A stretch of 64,000 bases of DNA from an uncultured Bacilli bacterium. GTDB taxonomy: Bacteria > Bacillota_I > Bacilli_A > RF39 > UBA660. The notes beneath the pieces were generated by a model. The model was given only the letters and a program-made list of their open reading frames with translations. It made no database searches and was not told the DNA's origin. The stretch lies in the NCBI GenBank assembly GCA_947598325.1, contig CANQFD010000002.1, positions 90,765-154,764 on the forward strand, written 5' to 3'. Below are positions 9,214 through 19,531 of this stretch, one piece after another (the first letter of the stretch is position 1; each line of letters starts with the position of its first letter). The translations under genes and the position numbers were made by a program.

Positions 9214-10601
9214 ACTATTTCAGTTCCTTCCTTTGTATCATTTATCTTAACTCCTAGATTTAATAACTCCTCCCTTATCCTATCTGCTTCTTCATATTTC
9301 TTTTCTCTTTTTAACGTTTCTCTTTCTTTAACAAGTTTTTTAATCTTCTCCTCTAATTTAGGATTTATATTTTTCTTCTTTTTTACTAAATCTAGTGATA
9401 ATACTTTATCATATTCTCCAATTAAATATAACTTTGATGAATCATTTAATCTATCATCTTTAAGTAGGTCAAATAAATATGTTATTACATTAGCAGTATT
9501 CATATCATTTTCTATTGAATCCTTAAATTTTATTATATATTCATCTATTACAGTTTCATTTAAATCTTCTTTTGATTTATTTAGTTCATATATTTTATTT
9601 ATTAATTTGTTATAAGTATTTTGAGCATTATCCATGGCTTCATAACTAAAAACTAGATTATTTCTATAATGTGATTGAAGACATAGCAATCTATATGAAA
9701 GAGGATTATAACCTCTTTTTATAAGGGAATTAAGTGTTAAAAATTCTCCATTTGATTTGCTCATTTTTCCATTTTTATCATTTAAATGTCCAGAGTGAAT
9801 CCAATAATTACACCATTTATGTCCAAGATAACATTCTGATTGAGCAATTTCATTTGTATGATGTGGGAAAATATTATCAACACCACCGCAATGTATATCT
9901 AAGTCTTCACCAAAATATTTAATACATATACCACTACACTCTATATGCCATCCAGGATATCCTTCTCCCCATGGAGAATCCCATTTCAATTTTTGATGAT
10001 CAAATTTGGAATTTGTAAACCAAAGTCCAAAATCAGATGGATTATGTTTAAAAGTATCCTCATCTACTTCATCTCTTACGCCAACCAATAACTCATCTTT
10101 ATTTAAACCAGACAATTTATAATAATCATCATATTTGCTGACATCAAAGTATATATTATCATTAGCTTCATATGCATATCCTTTATTTAACAAAACTTCA
10201 ATTATTTTAATATATTGATCAATATTATCAGTAGCTCTAGAAATTATTTTTGGTTTATTTATATTAAGCTTATCTATGTCCTTAATAAACTCTTTTGTAT
10301 AAAAAGATGCAATATCTGTTACAGTCATATTATCTCTTTTAGCGGCCTTAAGTATTTTATCTTCACCGTCATCAGAATCATCTGTCATATGACCTACGTC
10401 AGTTATATTCATAACTCTTTGAACATCAAAACCAATATACTTTAAAGTTTTTTCTAAAACATCCTCAAATATATACGTTCTAATATTTCCTATATGAGCA
10501 TAGTGATATACAGTTGGACCACAGGTATACATCTTAACCTTCCCAGGTTCGTTTGATTCAAAAACTTCCACTTTCTTAGTTAATGTATTATATAATTTCA
10601 T
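9204..10601 (-). CDS. cysS: Cysteine--tRNA ligase
   Basis: MYTCGPTVYHYAHIGNIRTY (HIGH region) and KMSKS motif; 465 aa. Confidence 0.95.
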   Translation of the reverse strand: MKLYNTLTKKVEVFESNEPGKVKMYTCGPTVYHYAHIGNIRTYIFEDVLEKTLKYIGFDVQRVMNITDVGHMTDDSDDGEDKILKAAKRDNMTVTDIASFYTKEFIKDIDKLNINKPKIISRATDNIDQYIKIIEVLLNKGYAYEANDNIYFDVSKYDDYYKLSGLNKDELLVGVRDEVDEDTFKHNPSDFGLWFTNSKFDHQKLKWDSPWGEGYPGWHIECSGICIKYFGEDLDIHCGGVDNIFPHHTNEIAQSECYLGHKWCNYWIHSGHLNDKNGKMSKSNGEFLTLNSLIKRGYNPLSYRLLCLQSHYRNNLVFSYEAMDNAQNTYNKLINKIYELNKSKEDLNETVIDEYIIKFKDSIENDMNTANVITYLFDLLKDDRLNDSSKLYLIGEYDKVLSLDLVKKKKNINPKLEEKIKKLVKERETLKREKKYEEADRIREELLNLGVKINDTKEGTEIVWI

Positions 10602-10712
10602 AATTCTCTCCCTTATAAATATATATATATTTTAACACAATTATTAATATTTTTATATTGCTAAATAAAATATATTTCTAAATAAAACAAAAAATAAAAT
10701 ATATAATACATT

Positions 10713-11981
10713 TTATTTCTTGCTAATTATAAATTCAACACCATTTTTTTTATTTTTTGCAATAATAGTATATCCTATCAAGTCGCAGTTGCCTTTTACG
10801 ATTGAAAGTCCTATACCATTCTCACCTTTTTTCCCCTTCTTATATGGTTTAAAAATATCATCTATAATACTTTTATCTATATTTTCACCATCATTAAAAA
10901 ATATTATTTTATTTTCTTTTATCGTTATTGTTATATTATTTTTCGCATATCTAATAAAATTATTTAGTAAATTATCTACAATTGATTCCCAAATATCTTC
11001 TGTACCATTATATATTATTTTTTTATTATCACATTTAACCTCATAAACTAGATCTTTTTTTATTATTTTATATTTTTCAATTAATTCTTTTATAGTAGTT
11101 TGAATTTCTATTGTTTTATCGTTTTTATAGGAGTTTTGTAAATATGTAATCTTATTTAAATCTAGCAAAGTTTTTACCTTATTTTCTAATTTTTTTATTT
11201 GATTTTGACTAACATCAAGCATAGTTTTTTCATCATATATTCCATCTTTATATGCTTCTATGTAAGACTTTATAACCATAATTGGAGTTTTAAAATCATG
11301 TGATATATTTTGATACATTTCACTTTTATATTTTTCTTGTGATAATATTATTTCTTTCATCTTATCTATACAATTATCGAGTAATTTAAGTTCATCATCA
11401 AATTCATATTTTGCATCTTCTAGTATAAATGTTTCATCGGTCATATTATCTATTTTAAGTTTTAATCTTTTAATTTTATTTACAACAAACTTAGACCATA
11501 ATAATAAAAGTATAATTATTATTAAAAAAGTTATTATTACAATTGGTATAACAATTATAAATAAACTTATTTTGATTGCCCTTATATAAGAATCATTTGT
11601 AATTGCTATTTTTCTATTGATATTACCACTTACAGAATAATAATAGTTTTTACCTTTATAAATAAATTTACCATGATCTTTATCAATATATTTTAATAAT
11701 TTACTATAATCATCTACTTTGAGCACATTTTTATAATTACTCGATACATATATCTTACCATTTATAAATTGTATATATGCAATATTTTGATACTTTTTAT
11801 TAGAAGAATCTAGTCCATCAAACATTTGAAGGGGTTGTTCTAAATAACTATACACTGTTTGTTCAAAAAAGGGTTCTAATGATTTTGGCAATACTATTAT
11901 AAGAGATACAATCATTATAACTAAGGATAAGATTGTTATTATTACTAATTGTTTGGATAAACTTATTTTCTTTGATTTCAT
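10713..11981 (-). CDS. Sensor histidine kinase (two TM segments, extracytoplasmic loop, HisKA and HATPase domains)
   Basis: H-box SHDFKTPI and C-terminal ATPase region with GIGLSIV. Overlaps the response regulator gene by 4 nt. Confidence 0.85.
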   Translation of the reverse strand: MKSKKISLSKQLVIITILSLVIMIVSLIIVLPKSLEPFFEQTVYSYLEQPLQMFDGLDSSNKKYQNIAYIQFINGKIYVSSNYKNVLKVDDYSKLLKYIDKDHGKFIYKGKNYYYSVSGNINRKIAITNDSYIRAIKISLFIIVIPIVIITFLIIIILLLLWSKFVVNKIKRLKLKIDNMTDETFILEDAKYEFDDELKLLDNCIDKMKEIILSQEKYKSEMYQNISHDFKTPIMVIKSYIEAYKDGIYDEKTMLDVSQNQIKKLENKVKTLLDLNKITYLQNSYKNDKTIEIQTTIKELIEKYKIIKKDLVYEVKCDNKKIIYNGTEDIWESIVDNLLNNFIRYAKNNITITIKENKIIFFNDGENIDKSIIDDIFKPYKKGKKGENGIGLSIVKGNCDLIGYTIIAKNKKNGVEFIISKK

Positions 11982-12640
11982 ACTAATCTATAACCAAAAC
12001 CATATACTGTATTAATATTTAATTCTTTCATCTTTTTTCTAAGTCTCCTAATTGAATCATCAACAACTCTATCATTTCCAAAATAATCTCTACCCCAAAT
12101 ATTATTCAAAATATTTTCTCTATTTAATGATTTACCTTTATTTTTTATAAAGAATAAAAGTAAATCAAACTCTAATGTAGTAAGTTTAATATTTTTACCC
12201 TTATATAAAACAGTCCTTTTTTCAGTATTAATTTCATAATTATTATAGTGTAATTTATGGAAGTCTCCGCTATAAACCCTCTTTATTATATTTTTTACTC
12301 TAAGCACGAGTTCCCTTGGTGAATATGGTTTAGAAATATAATCATCCCCTCCAAGTTCTAAACCCATAATTTTATCGATTGAAGCATCTCTTGCCGAACT
12401 AAATATAATTGGTATTTCATCATTTTTTTCTCTTATTTTCTTAATTATGTCATACCCTGTTATTTCATCTTCTAGCATAATATCTAAAATCCATAAATTT
12501 ATATCATCATTTTTTTCTATATAATCAAGTGTGTCTTGTCCTTTTGTAAAAGATTCTACTAAGAAATCATCTTTTTCTAAATAACTTCTTAGAAGATTAT
12601 TTAGAGAAATCTCATCTTCAACTAAACCTATTTTATACAT
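11978..12640 (-). CDS. OmpR-family response regulator
   Basis: Receiver domain (ILDIMLED, phospho-Asp region) and winged-helix C-terminus (TLEFDLLLFF...GFGYRL). Confidence 0.9.
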   Translation of the reverse strand: MYKIGLVEDEISLNNLLRSYLEKDDFLVESFTKGQDTLDYIEKNDDINLWILDIMLEDEITGYDIIKKIREKNDEIPIIFSSARDASIDKIMGLELGGDDYISKPYSPRELVLRVKNIIKRVYSGDFHKLHYNNYEINTEKRTVLYKGKNIKLTTLEFDLLLFFIKNKGKSLNRENILNNIWGRDYFGNDRVVDDSIRRLRKKMKELNINTVYGFGYRLV

Positions 12641-12750
12641 AAAACATCACCACTTTTATTATATCATACTTTTATTTTCTTTATATCACCCCTTCCTATA
12701 ACCAATAATATAATAATTTTATGTATCAAAAATCATAGAATTATGTAAAA

Positions 12751-13281
12751 TTATGGGCTTACAAATTCTCCAATTACAACAAGTCTATTTTGATTATCTT
12801 TTGTACATGTTATTAAAGTTATCATTTTATTACTAACTACATTATTTAATATATATGTATCTTCTATATTAACAGTTATTATCTTATATATTTTAAATTT
12901 ATATTCTTTGCTATTCTCATATACAATCAAGTCATCTCCTATACTTAATTTATATAATATTGAAAAAACATATTTATTATTATGACCAGCAAGTACTATA
13001 TTCCCATATTCATCATTTAAATTACATCCATTATTAAAATGTAATATATTATTTGAATCTAAAACCTCTTTATCCTTTCCTGACTTAATAAGTCCTTTAT
13101 AACTAAATTTAGGAATATATAAATATCCGTCATAATCCTTCATTTTTATTTTTGATTCTATTATATTATCAACATTTTTATTATAATCTATATCTTCATT
13201 AATATATAAAGTAAAACTAGTTATAATAGAAATAAGTAATATTAACTTAAATAATTTTTTTAACAAAAAACATAACTCCAA
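12751..13281 (-). CDS. Sortase (small; class not assignable by eye)
   Basis: Catalytic triad context: LAGHN (His), TLITCT (Cys), NRLVV (Arg). N-terminal TM. The 5' end overlaps the adhesin gene by 35 nt. Confidence 0.85.
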   Translation of the reverse strand: MELCFLLKKLFKLILLISIITSFTLYINEDIDYNKNVDNIIESKIKMKDYDGYLYIPKFSYKGLIKSGKDKEVLDSNNILHFNNGCNLNDEYGNIVLAGHNNKYVFSILYKLSIGDDLIVYENSKEYKFKIYKIITVNIEDTYILNNVVSNKMITLITCTKDNQNRLVVIGEFVSP

Positions 13282-14980
13282 AAATCATCATCAAAAACAG
13301 TCCTGTTATTCCCTGTTTCGACGAGCTAGTAATTGGCATTTTAGTTTTTTCATTATTTACTTTAATATCAGCAATACAAGATAAATCATTAACTGAAAAA
13401 TCAACTACATCATTATTTAGAATATAACCATTTGGAACACTAACTTGTTTTATATAATAATTGCCATATGGCAAATCTTTAATAACTATCATTCCATTTT
13501 TACCTGTTTTTCCACTAAAAATCATTTCATCAGATTCATTGTACAAATTTATTTTAATTCCTTCTATTCTTTTTCCTCTATTATCAGATGAAATATAAGT
13601 TATATCACATTTTATCTTTTTATTAGTAATTTTTATATTAGCTTCTACTATTTTTGTTTTATCATCTTTATATTGTAATTTCACCTTACGATAATCAGTA
13701 TCTATTACATATCCATTAGGAGCACTAAGTTCTTTAACATAATATGTACCAAGAGACAAATTATCTATAGACGCCTTCCCATTTTCATCTGTTACGACAC
13801 TACCTAGGAATTTATAATCTCTATCATAAATTCCTATTTCTACACCACCTAAGTTTGATCCATCATCACATACTTTGGTTATATTTATCTTACCTTTTGG
13901 TTCTTCGTTAAATATGTTTACATCATAATATGGTCCAGTTAATTTAACATTATCATCTATTTCTATTATAATTTTTTCATCATCTATTAAATAACCATCT
14001 GGAGCCTTAACTTCTTCAATTTCATATTTTCCTTTTTTTAGTTTAACTATTACATAACCACTTTTATTCGTCTTTAAACCCTCTTTTACATATTTTCCTG
14101 TATCAACATTTTTTATTCTAAACTCTGTTTGACTATCACTAATTAATTCATTAGTTTCTTTATCAACCTTATTTATTCTAACTGAAATATCAGATATTAC
14201 TATAGAAAAACTGCCTTCTTTTATATCTCTAAATCCAAATATAGACATCATCTGACTTCTAGTATCGTCACTTTTATATACTATTGAATCCTGGTCTTTT
14301 TTATTTTTAGACTTCAAATTTATTGTATGATTTCCAAATTTATTAGCATTAAATTCAATTATAGAATTATTAGTTGTATACTGAAGATCAGTAATAATAT
14401 CGTAATTACTTAGTACATTATTGCTATCAGCCAATTTTAACTTTGTACCAAAATCTTGTACATAACAAGCATTGATAAATGAAGGAAGTATATTATGTTT
14501 ATTTACTAATTGTAATATATCATTTTTCTCATTTTCTATATTTATTTCTTCACTGCTACTAGTATCAGATACCGTCCATTTTATATATTCATCATCACTA
14601 AAAAGCCAAATTAATTCTTGGGTCGCCATATAATATTTAATAGTATTATGCCCTGGGTATTCATAACCATAATGTGCAATTAATTCCATTTGTTTTTTTA
14701 TATCATCACTATATCCTGAAACACTAAAATCATTGTATGAACTATAAATATTTGTATTTATTGGCGTTGGTGGATCTATACAATAAGCCATTTTTCCATT
14801 TAAATATCTGAATGGTAATTGACCATATGTAAATACCTTTCCATTTCTATAATGAAATGACCATACATTATCTATATAGCTTGTTGTTAATATTGAATCA
14901 TTAGTTGCAGCTTTTACACATAAAGTATTTAAAAAAAAGGTAAAAACTAATACCACTATAAATTTAAAAATATTTTTCAT
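13247..14980 (-). CDS. Secreted surface adhesin: thioester-domain-like N-terminal half plus three Cna-B/SpaA-type repeats and a C-terminal hydrophobic anchor
   Basis: Signal peptide (...CVKAA). Cys in MAYCIDPP and Gln in ATQELIW. Repeats end EVKAPDGY, ELSAPNGY and QVSVPNGY. C-terminus is ...PITSSSKQGITG-LFLMMIFGVMFFV-KKII. Confidence 0.7.
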   Translation of the reverse strand: MKNIFKFIVVLVFTFFLNTLCVKAATNDSILTTSYIDNVWSFHYRNGKVFTYGQLPFRYLNGKMAYCIDPPTPINTNIYSSYNDFSVSGYSDDIKKQMELIAHYGYEYPGHNTIKYYMATQELIWLFSDDEYIKWTVSDTSSSEEINIENEKNDILQLVNKHNILPSFINACYVQDFGTKLKLADSNNVLSNYDIITDLQYTTNNSIIEFNANKFGNHTINLKSKNKKDQDSIVYKSDDTRSQMMSIFGFRDIKEGSFSIVISDISVRINKVDKETNELISDSQTEFRIKNVDTGKYVKEGLKTNKSGYVIVKLKKGKYEIEEVKAPDGYLIDDEKIIIEIDDNVKLTGPYYDVNIFNEEPKGKINITKVCDDGSNLGGVEIGIYDRDYKFLGSVVTDENGKASIDNLSLGTYYVKELSAPNGYVIDTDYRKVKLQYKDDKTKIVEANIKITNKKIKCDITYISSDNRGKRIEGIKINLYNESDEMIFSGKTGKNGMIVIKDLPYGNYYIKQVSVPNGYILNNDVVDFSVNDLSCIADIKVNNEKTKMPITSSSKQGITGLFLMMIFGVMFFVKKII

Positions 14981-15069
14981 TTTTTCACCTCATAATTTAT
15001 ATTTGATAAATATTTTTAAATTCCTCTAAAAAAAAAGAAAATATATATTTACTATATTTTCAAACAACC

Positions 15070-15636
15070 TTATACATTTTGTACTAAAACAGCTTTGTCT
15101 TTTTCAATCTGTTTACTATATCTTTCCTCTTCACTAAAAATACACCCACAGTACTTTTGCATATATAATTTCATTTCCCTAGCTTTATTTTGACCTTCTC
15201 TAAAATAAGGTCTAAAATCATAATAATAGAATTTAATTCCATATTTATTAGCAAGTTTTTTTGAAACTTCTATTATCTTATCATGTTTCTGATACGGACT
15301 AATTAAAAGAGTTGTACAAAATGCATCATAACCATTCTCCTTAGCATATTTTGCAACCTCTTCTAAACGTACTGTATAACAATACACGCATCTATTATCT
15401 AAATTATTAATAACATTTTTAGTAAAATTTCTAAGTCCATATTCTTCTTTATAGATAACATTAAGGTTAATAAGCTTACTATATTCTTTTAAACAATCAC
15501 GTCTTGATTTATATTCAGTGTAAGGATGAATATTTGGATTATACCAAAATCCAGTTATATCAATATTTTCTTCTCTTAATTTTTCAATACACATTACACT
15601 ACAAGGTGCACAACATATATGTAACAATAATTTCAT
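15070..15636 (-). CDS. queH: Epoxyqueuosine reductase QueH (DUF208)
   Basis: MKLLLHICCAPCS... with the conserved Cys pattern (CCAPC, C..C, CGC); ~190 aa. Confidence 0.85.
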   Translation of the reverse strand: MKLLLHICCAPCSVMCIEKLREENIDITGFWYNPNIHPYTEYKSRRDCLKEYSKLINLNVIYKEEYGLRNFTKNVINNLDNRCVYCYTVRLEEVAKYAKENGYDAFCTTLLISPYQKHDKIIEVSKKLANKYGIKFYYYDFRPYFREGQNKAREMKLYMQKYCGCIFSEEERYSKQIEKDKAVLVQNV

Positions 15637-15730
15637 AAAAGTTCCTCTTTTCTATTTATACATATAAATAATAGTTAATAATTTCTTACATATTTATTAT
15701 AACATAAAACTTTAAATTATCCTTTTATTA

Positions 15731-15754
15731 AAAAAACAGAACATTTCGTTCTGT
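15731..15754 (-). terminator. Rho-independent terminator downstream of the DD-carboxypeptidase gene
   Basis: acagaac-atttc-gttctgt hairpin with an A-run (T-run on the minus strand). Confidence 0.65.
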
Positions 15755-15755
15755 A

Positions 15756-16907
15756 TTACATTATATTATCACCAGTAAATGTATCTTCAATATTTCTTAA
15801 AAACAATTCAACTATATTAGCTTTTTCTACATTTTTGTTTACTGTTACATCAACATTATATAATTGTTTCTTATTTTCATAAATTGTTATCTTACCTACT
15901 ATTTCGCCCTTCTTAATTGGAATTTTTTCATTTGTAACATCTAGTTCATAAGTCATATTTCTATTTTTATCTCCTTTTTTATTTAATATAGTTATATCCT
16001 GAACTGGTACTATTGCCACTTTTCCATTTTTACTCTTATCATTCTTAAGTACTCCTACTTTTGTATTTTTATCTAAGAATTTTTTTACTGTATACATATT
16101 AAATCCATAATCTAACATTTTTGTCATTTCTTCATTTCTTTGTGCACTAGTTTCCTCTCCCATAATTACACCTATAAGTCTCATATCTTTTCTTTTCGCA
16201 GTTGCAGTTAAACAATAACCGGCCTCCTTTGTATATCCTGTTTTTAACCCATCCATACCGTCAAAAGTCTTTATAAGCTTATTGGTATTAACAAGCCAAA
16301 ATTTTTTATTAGTATTTTGTCTTAAATATGTTTCATATATACCTGAATATTCTAAAATTTTATTATGTCTTACAAGTTCTCTACCCATCATTGCCATATC
16401 ATATGCAGTACTATAATGATTAGCTTCATCTAAACCTGTAACATTTTTAAAATTTGTATCCTTTAAACCTAATTTTTTTACCTTTTCATTCATCTTAAAT
16501 ACAAATGCCTGCTCTGTTCCTGAAATTCTTTCTGCTAGAGCTACAACAGCATCATTGGCAGATCCTACACATATACCTTTTAATAAATCATCAACAGTCA
16601 TTTCTTCTCCAGCTTCAAGATAAATTTGAGATCCTCCCATAGAAGCAGCATTTTGACTTATTTTAATCTTTTCATTTAAATTTAAACTACCTTTTTCAAT
16701 TTCTTCCATTATAATTATTAAACTCATTATCTTAGTCATAGATGCTGGTGCATATCTTTCATGTGCATTACTTTCATGAATTATTTCCCCTGTTGTTGAT
16801 TCAATAAGTATAGAACTTTTAGCACTTTCAGCAAGTTTCAAATCTTCAGCATTTACATTAACTATAAAGGCAAAAGATAGACATAAAATAATTAAAAACC
16901 TTTTCAT
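15756..16907 (-). CDS. dacA: D-alanyl-D-alanine carboxypeptidase (PBP5-type serine peptidase S11)
   Basis: Signal peptide; SMTK (SxxK), SAND (SxN) and KTGYT (KTG) motifs. The dacA versus dacB/dacF paralog choice is uncertain. Confidence 0.85.
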   Translation of the reverse strand: MKRFLIILCLSFAFIVNVNAEDLKLAESAKSSILIESTTGEIIHESNAHERYAPASMTKIMSLIIIMEEIEKGSLNLNEKIKISQNAASMGGSQIYLEAGEEMTVDDLLKGICVGSANDAVVALAERISGTEQAFVFKMNEKVKKLGLKDTNFKNVTGLDEANHYSTAYDMAMMGRELVRHNKILEYSGIYETYLRQNTNKKFWLVNTNKLIKTFDGMDGLKTGYTKEAGYCLTATAKRKDMRLIGVIMGEETSAQRNEEMTKMLDYGFNMYTVKKFLDKNTKVGVLKNDKSKNGKVAIVPVQDITILNKKGDKNRNMTYELDVTNEKIPIKKGEIVGKITIYENKKQLYNVDVTVNKNVEKANIVELFLRNIEDTFTGDNIM

Positions 16908-17021
16908 ATAACACCTCTAATAAAGATTATGTATATTTTATAATTATTAACACAAAAAATTGATTTATTACATTTAAATTGTTATAATGTAAGTATAAAT
17001 AATGCGAGGTATATAAAGAGT

Positions 17022-18107
17022 ATGAAAAAGAAAAAACCTAATTATAAACTAAGAAGAAAAATAGCCAAATTATTACTAATAATAATTATAATAACGCCAT
17101 TAATAATTATAAACAAAACAAAAATACTAAATGCACCACTTTATGTTACAAATTTAAAATATACAAACGTTTTAGATTCTATGTTTGAAATAAATTTTAA
17201 TAACAAAGAAGCTAAAAAAACAATCGACTACCTAAAAAATAATAATAAAATTAATGATGAGACAGATGATTATATTTTAAAAATACATAATTTGGGATAT
17301 AACAATAACGTTGTTAAATATGTAATTAAAAATTTAAGCAAAAGCGAAATAACTGACTTTTTATCTAGAAAATATAATAAAGATTTTGAAAAGTATATAA
17401 GTTGTAAGTTATTTTCATATAAAAAATATGAAAGATATTTATCGTATGAAAATAAACATAAAGATTTAAGTATAGATGATATTGTAACTAGAATAGAATT
17501 AAATTTAGATAAAACTTATTATTATGATAGTGTATTAATAAAAAATCCTAATGCAATTGATACACTTGCCAATAAATATTTAGAAATTCCTGAAGATTAT
17601 GAACCAACAGATTTAGTTGATATGGATGACAGTTATGCCAATAATACATATGGTCAAAAGCAACTTCGAAAAGAAGCATATGAAAAATTTGTTCAAATGT
17701 GTGAAGCATCTAGAAAGGACGGAGTTAATTTCTATGCGGAATCCGCTTATCGTAGCTATGAATATCAAAAAAATATTTATAATAATTACGTATATAATAA
17801 TGGACAAGATGAAGCAGATAAATATGCTGCAAAACCTGGATTTTCAGAACATGAACTTGGTCTTACTATAGATTTAGCTAACATATGGACTATAACAACT
17901 AAAGGTGAAGAATATAAATGGATTTCTAAAAATGCTCATAAATATGGATATATTATTAGATATAAAAAAGAATGGGAAGATGTAACTGGGTATGCTGCTG
18001 AAAGCTGGCATATAAGATATGTTGGTATAAAAAATGCAACTGCCATTCATAAACTAAATATTCCATACGAAGAATACTATATTAAATATATTGCAAATAA
18101 AAAATAA
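17022..18107 (+). CDS. Membrane-anchored M15B (VanY-type) D-alanyl-D-alanine carboxypeptidase
   Basis: SAYRSYEYQ, SEHELGLTID and ESWHIRYVG zinc-ligand motifs; N-terminal TM. Confidence 0.85.
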   Translation: MKKKKPNYKLRRKIAKLLLIIIIITPLIIINKTKILNAPLYVTNLKYTNVLDSMFEINFNNKEAKKTIDYLKNNNKINDETDDYILKIHNLGYNNNVVKYVIKNLSKSEITDFLSRKYNKDFEKYISCKLFSYKKYERYLSYENKHKDLSIDDIVTRIELNLDKTYYYDSVLIKNPNAIDTLANKYLEIPEDYEPTDLVDMDDSYANNTYGQKQLRKEAYEKFVQMCEASRKDGVNFYAESAYRSYEYQKNIYNNYVYNNGQDEADKYAAKPGFSEHELGLTIDLANIWTITTKGEEYKWISKNAHKYGYIIRYKKEWEDVTGYAAESWHIRYVGIKNATAIHKLNIPYEEYYIKYIANKK

Positions 18108-18129
18108 AGATTAATTAGTCTTTATTTTT

Positions 18130-19401
18130 TTATTTAATAACCTCATATATCATATTAATTTCATCTATATTTGTATTTTTTATAGTAAAAGCATCCATTA
18201 ATTTTGTTGTATCTACAAAATTATTACTTACAACATATCCTAGTATTTCATTTTTTTTAATTCTATCGTTTACTTTCTTATTTAAGATAATACCAACTCC
18301 ATAATTTATTACATCATTCTTAGTCTTTCTTCCAGCACCTAAGTTATTTGCAAATTCAGCTAATGATATAGAATCAATATCTACTAAGTAACCCTCTTTA
18401 TCACTTATTATTTCATATTTATTTTTGCATATATCTATATCTAAAACATTTCCACCTTGATATTTTACAAGTTCTAAAAATTTATTATAACCTTCTTTAT
18501 TATTAAGTTTTTCAGTAACTAAATCAAGTGCCTCATCAACACTTATATTTTTACCTAAAGATACCATATAGGTTGCAATAACTAAACATAATTTAGTAAA
18601 TCTCTCTTCTCCTTTACCCTTTAATGTATTGATTGCCTCCCTTACTTCTAAACCATTTCCTATTGTTTTTCCTATTGGATAATCCATATTAGTAATTAAA
18701 GCAATAACCTGTTTACCAAATCTTTTACCTATTTTAATCATTATTTCAGATAATTTTTTTGCATCATCTATATTCTTCATAAATGCGCCTTTACCAACTT
18801 TTACATCAAGTACTATCTTATCTGCACCAGATGCTAATTTTTTACTCATTATACTAGATGCAATTAATGGAATAGATTCTGTTGTACCTGTAACATCTCT
18901 AAGTGCATATATTTTCTTATCAGCTGGAACTAAATTGCCTGTTTGACTTACAAGAGCTACACCAATATCATTTACTTGTTTTATAAAGTTGTTCATATCA
19001 ACATTTGTATTAAATCCCTTTATAGATTCTAGTTTATCAATAGTACCACCTGTAAAACCAAGCCCTCTTCCACTCATTTTAGCAACTGGCACACCGCATG
19101 CTGCAACTAAAGGAGCTACTACAAGTGTAGTTTTATCACCAATTCCTCCTGTAGAATGTTTATCAACTTTTATACCATTAATTAAAGATAAATCTATCTT
19201 ATCACCACTATTTAGCATAATTTCAGTTAAATTATATATTTCATTATCAGTCATCCCATTTATTACTATTGCCATTAAAAGTGCACTCATTTGATAATCT
19301 TTAATCGTATTATTTACATATCCTTCTACTGCATATTTAATTTCTTCATAAGATAGTTCTAATTTATTCTTCTTTTTAGTTATTATTTCAATAATATTCA
19401 C
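18130..19401 (-). CDS. pdp: Pyrimidine-nucleoside (thymidine) phosphorylase
   Basis: DKHSTGGIGDKTTL motif and full-length family resemblance; GTG start. Confidence 0.9.
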   Translation of the reverse strand: MNIIEIITKKKNKLELSYEEIKYAVEGYVNNTIKDYQMSALLMAIVINGMTDNEIYNLTEIMLNSGDKIDLSLINGIKVDKHSTGGIGDKTTLVVAPLVAACGVPVAKMSGRGLGFTGGTIDKLESIKGFNTNVDMNNFIKQVNDIGVALVSQTGNLVPADKKIYALRDVTGTTESIPLIASSIMSKKLASGADKIVLDVKVGKGAFMKNIDDAKKLSEIMIKIGKRFGKQVIALITNMDYPIGKTIGNGLEVREAINTLKGKGEERFTKLCLVIATYMVSLGKNISVDEALDLVTEKLNNKEGYNKFLELVKYQGGNVLDIDICKNKYEIISDKEGYLVDIDSISLAEFANNLGAGRKTKNDVINYGVGIILNKKVNDRIKKNEILGYVVSNNFVDTTKLMDAFTIKNTNIDEINMIYEVIK

Positions 19402-19498
19402 ACTATCACCCCATTATATACAAAATAAAAATCTAAATCTACTATTATATACTCTATTTTATCATAAGTTTATAAAATTTAACAACAGAATCATTACT

Positions 19499-19531
19499 AA
19501 ATAAAAATTCAAGATTACTATAATCTTGAAT
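19499..19531 (-). terminator. Hairpin terminator at the 3' end of the second XRE gene
   Basis: attcaagatt-actat-aatcttgaat followed by a T-run on the minus strand. Overlaps the last codons of the gene. Confidence 0.5.

Noticed and set aside
10602-10712. A possible T-box leader upstream of cysS.
   Set aside because: The gap is only about 110 nt, which is too short for a T-box riboswitch. I saw no T-box or specifier-loop-like sequence, only an AT-rich promoter region.
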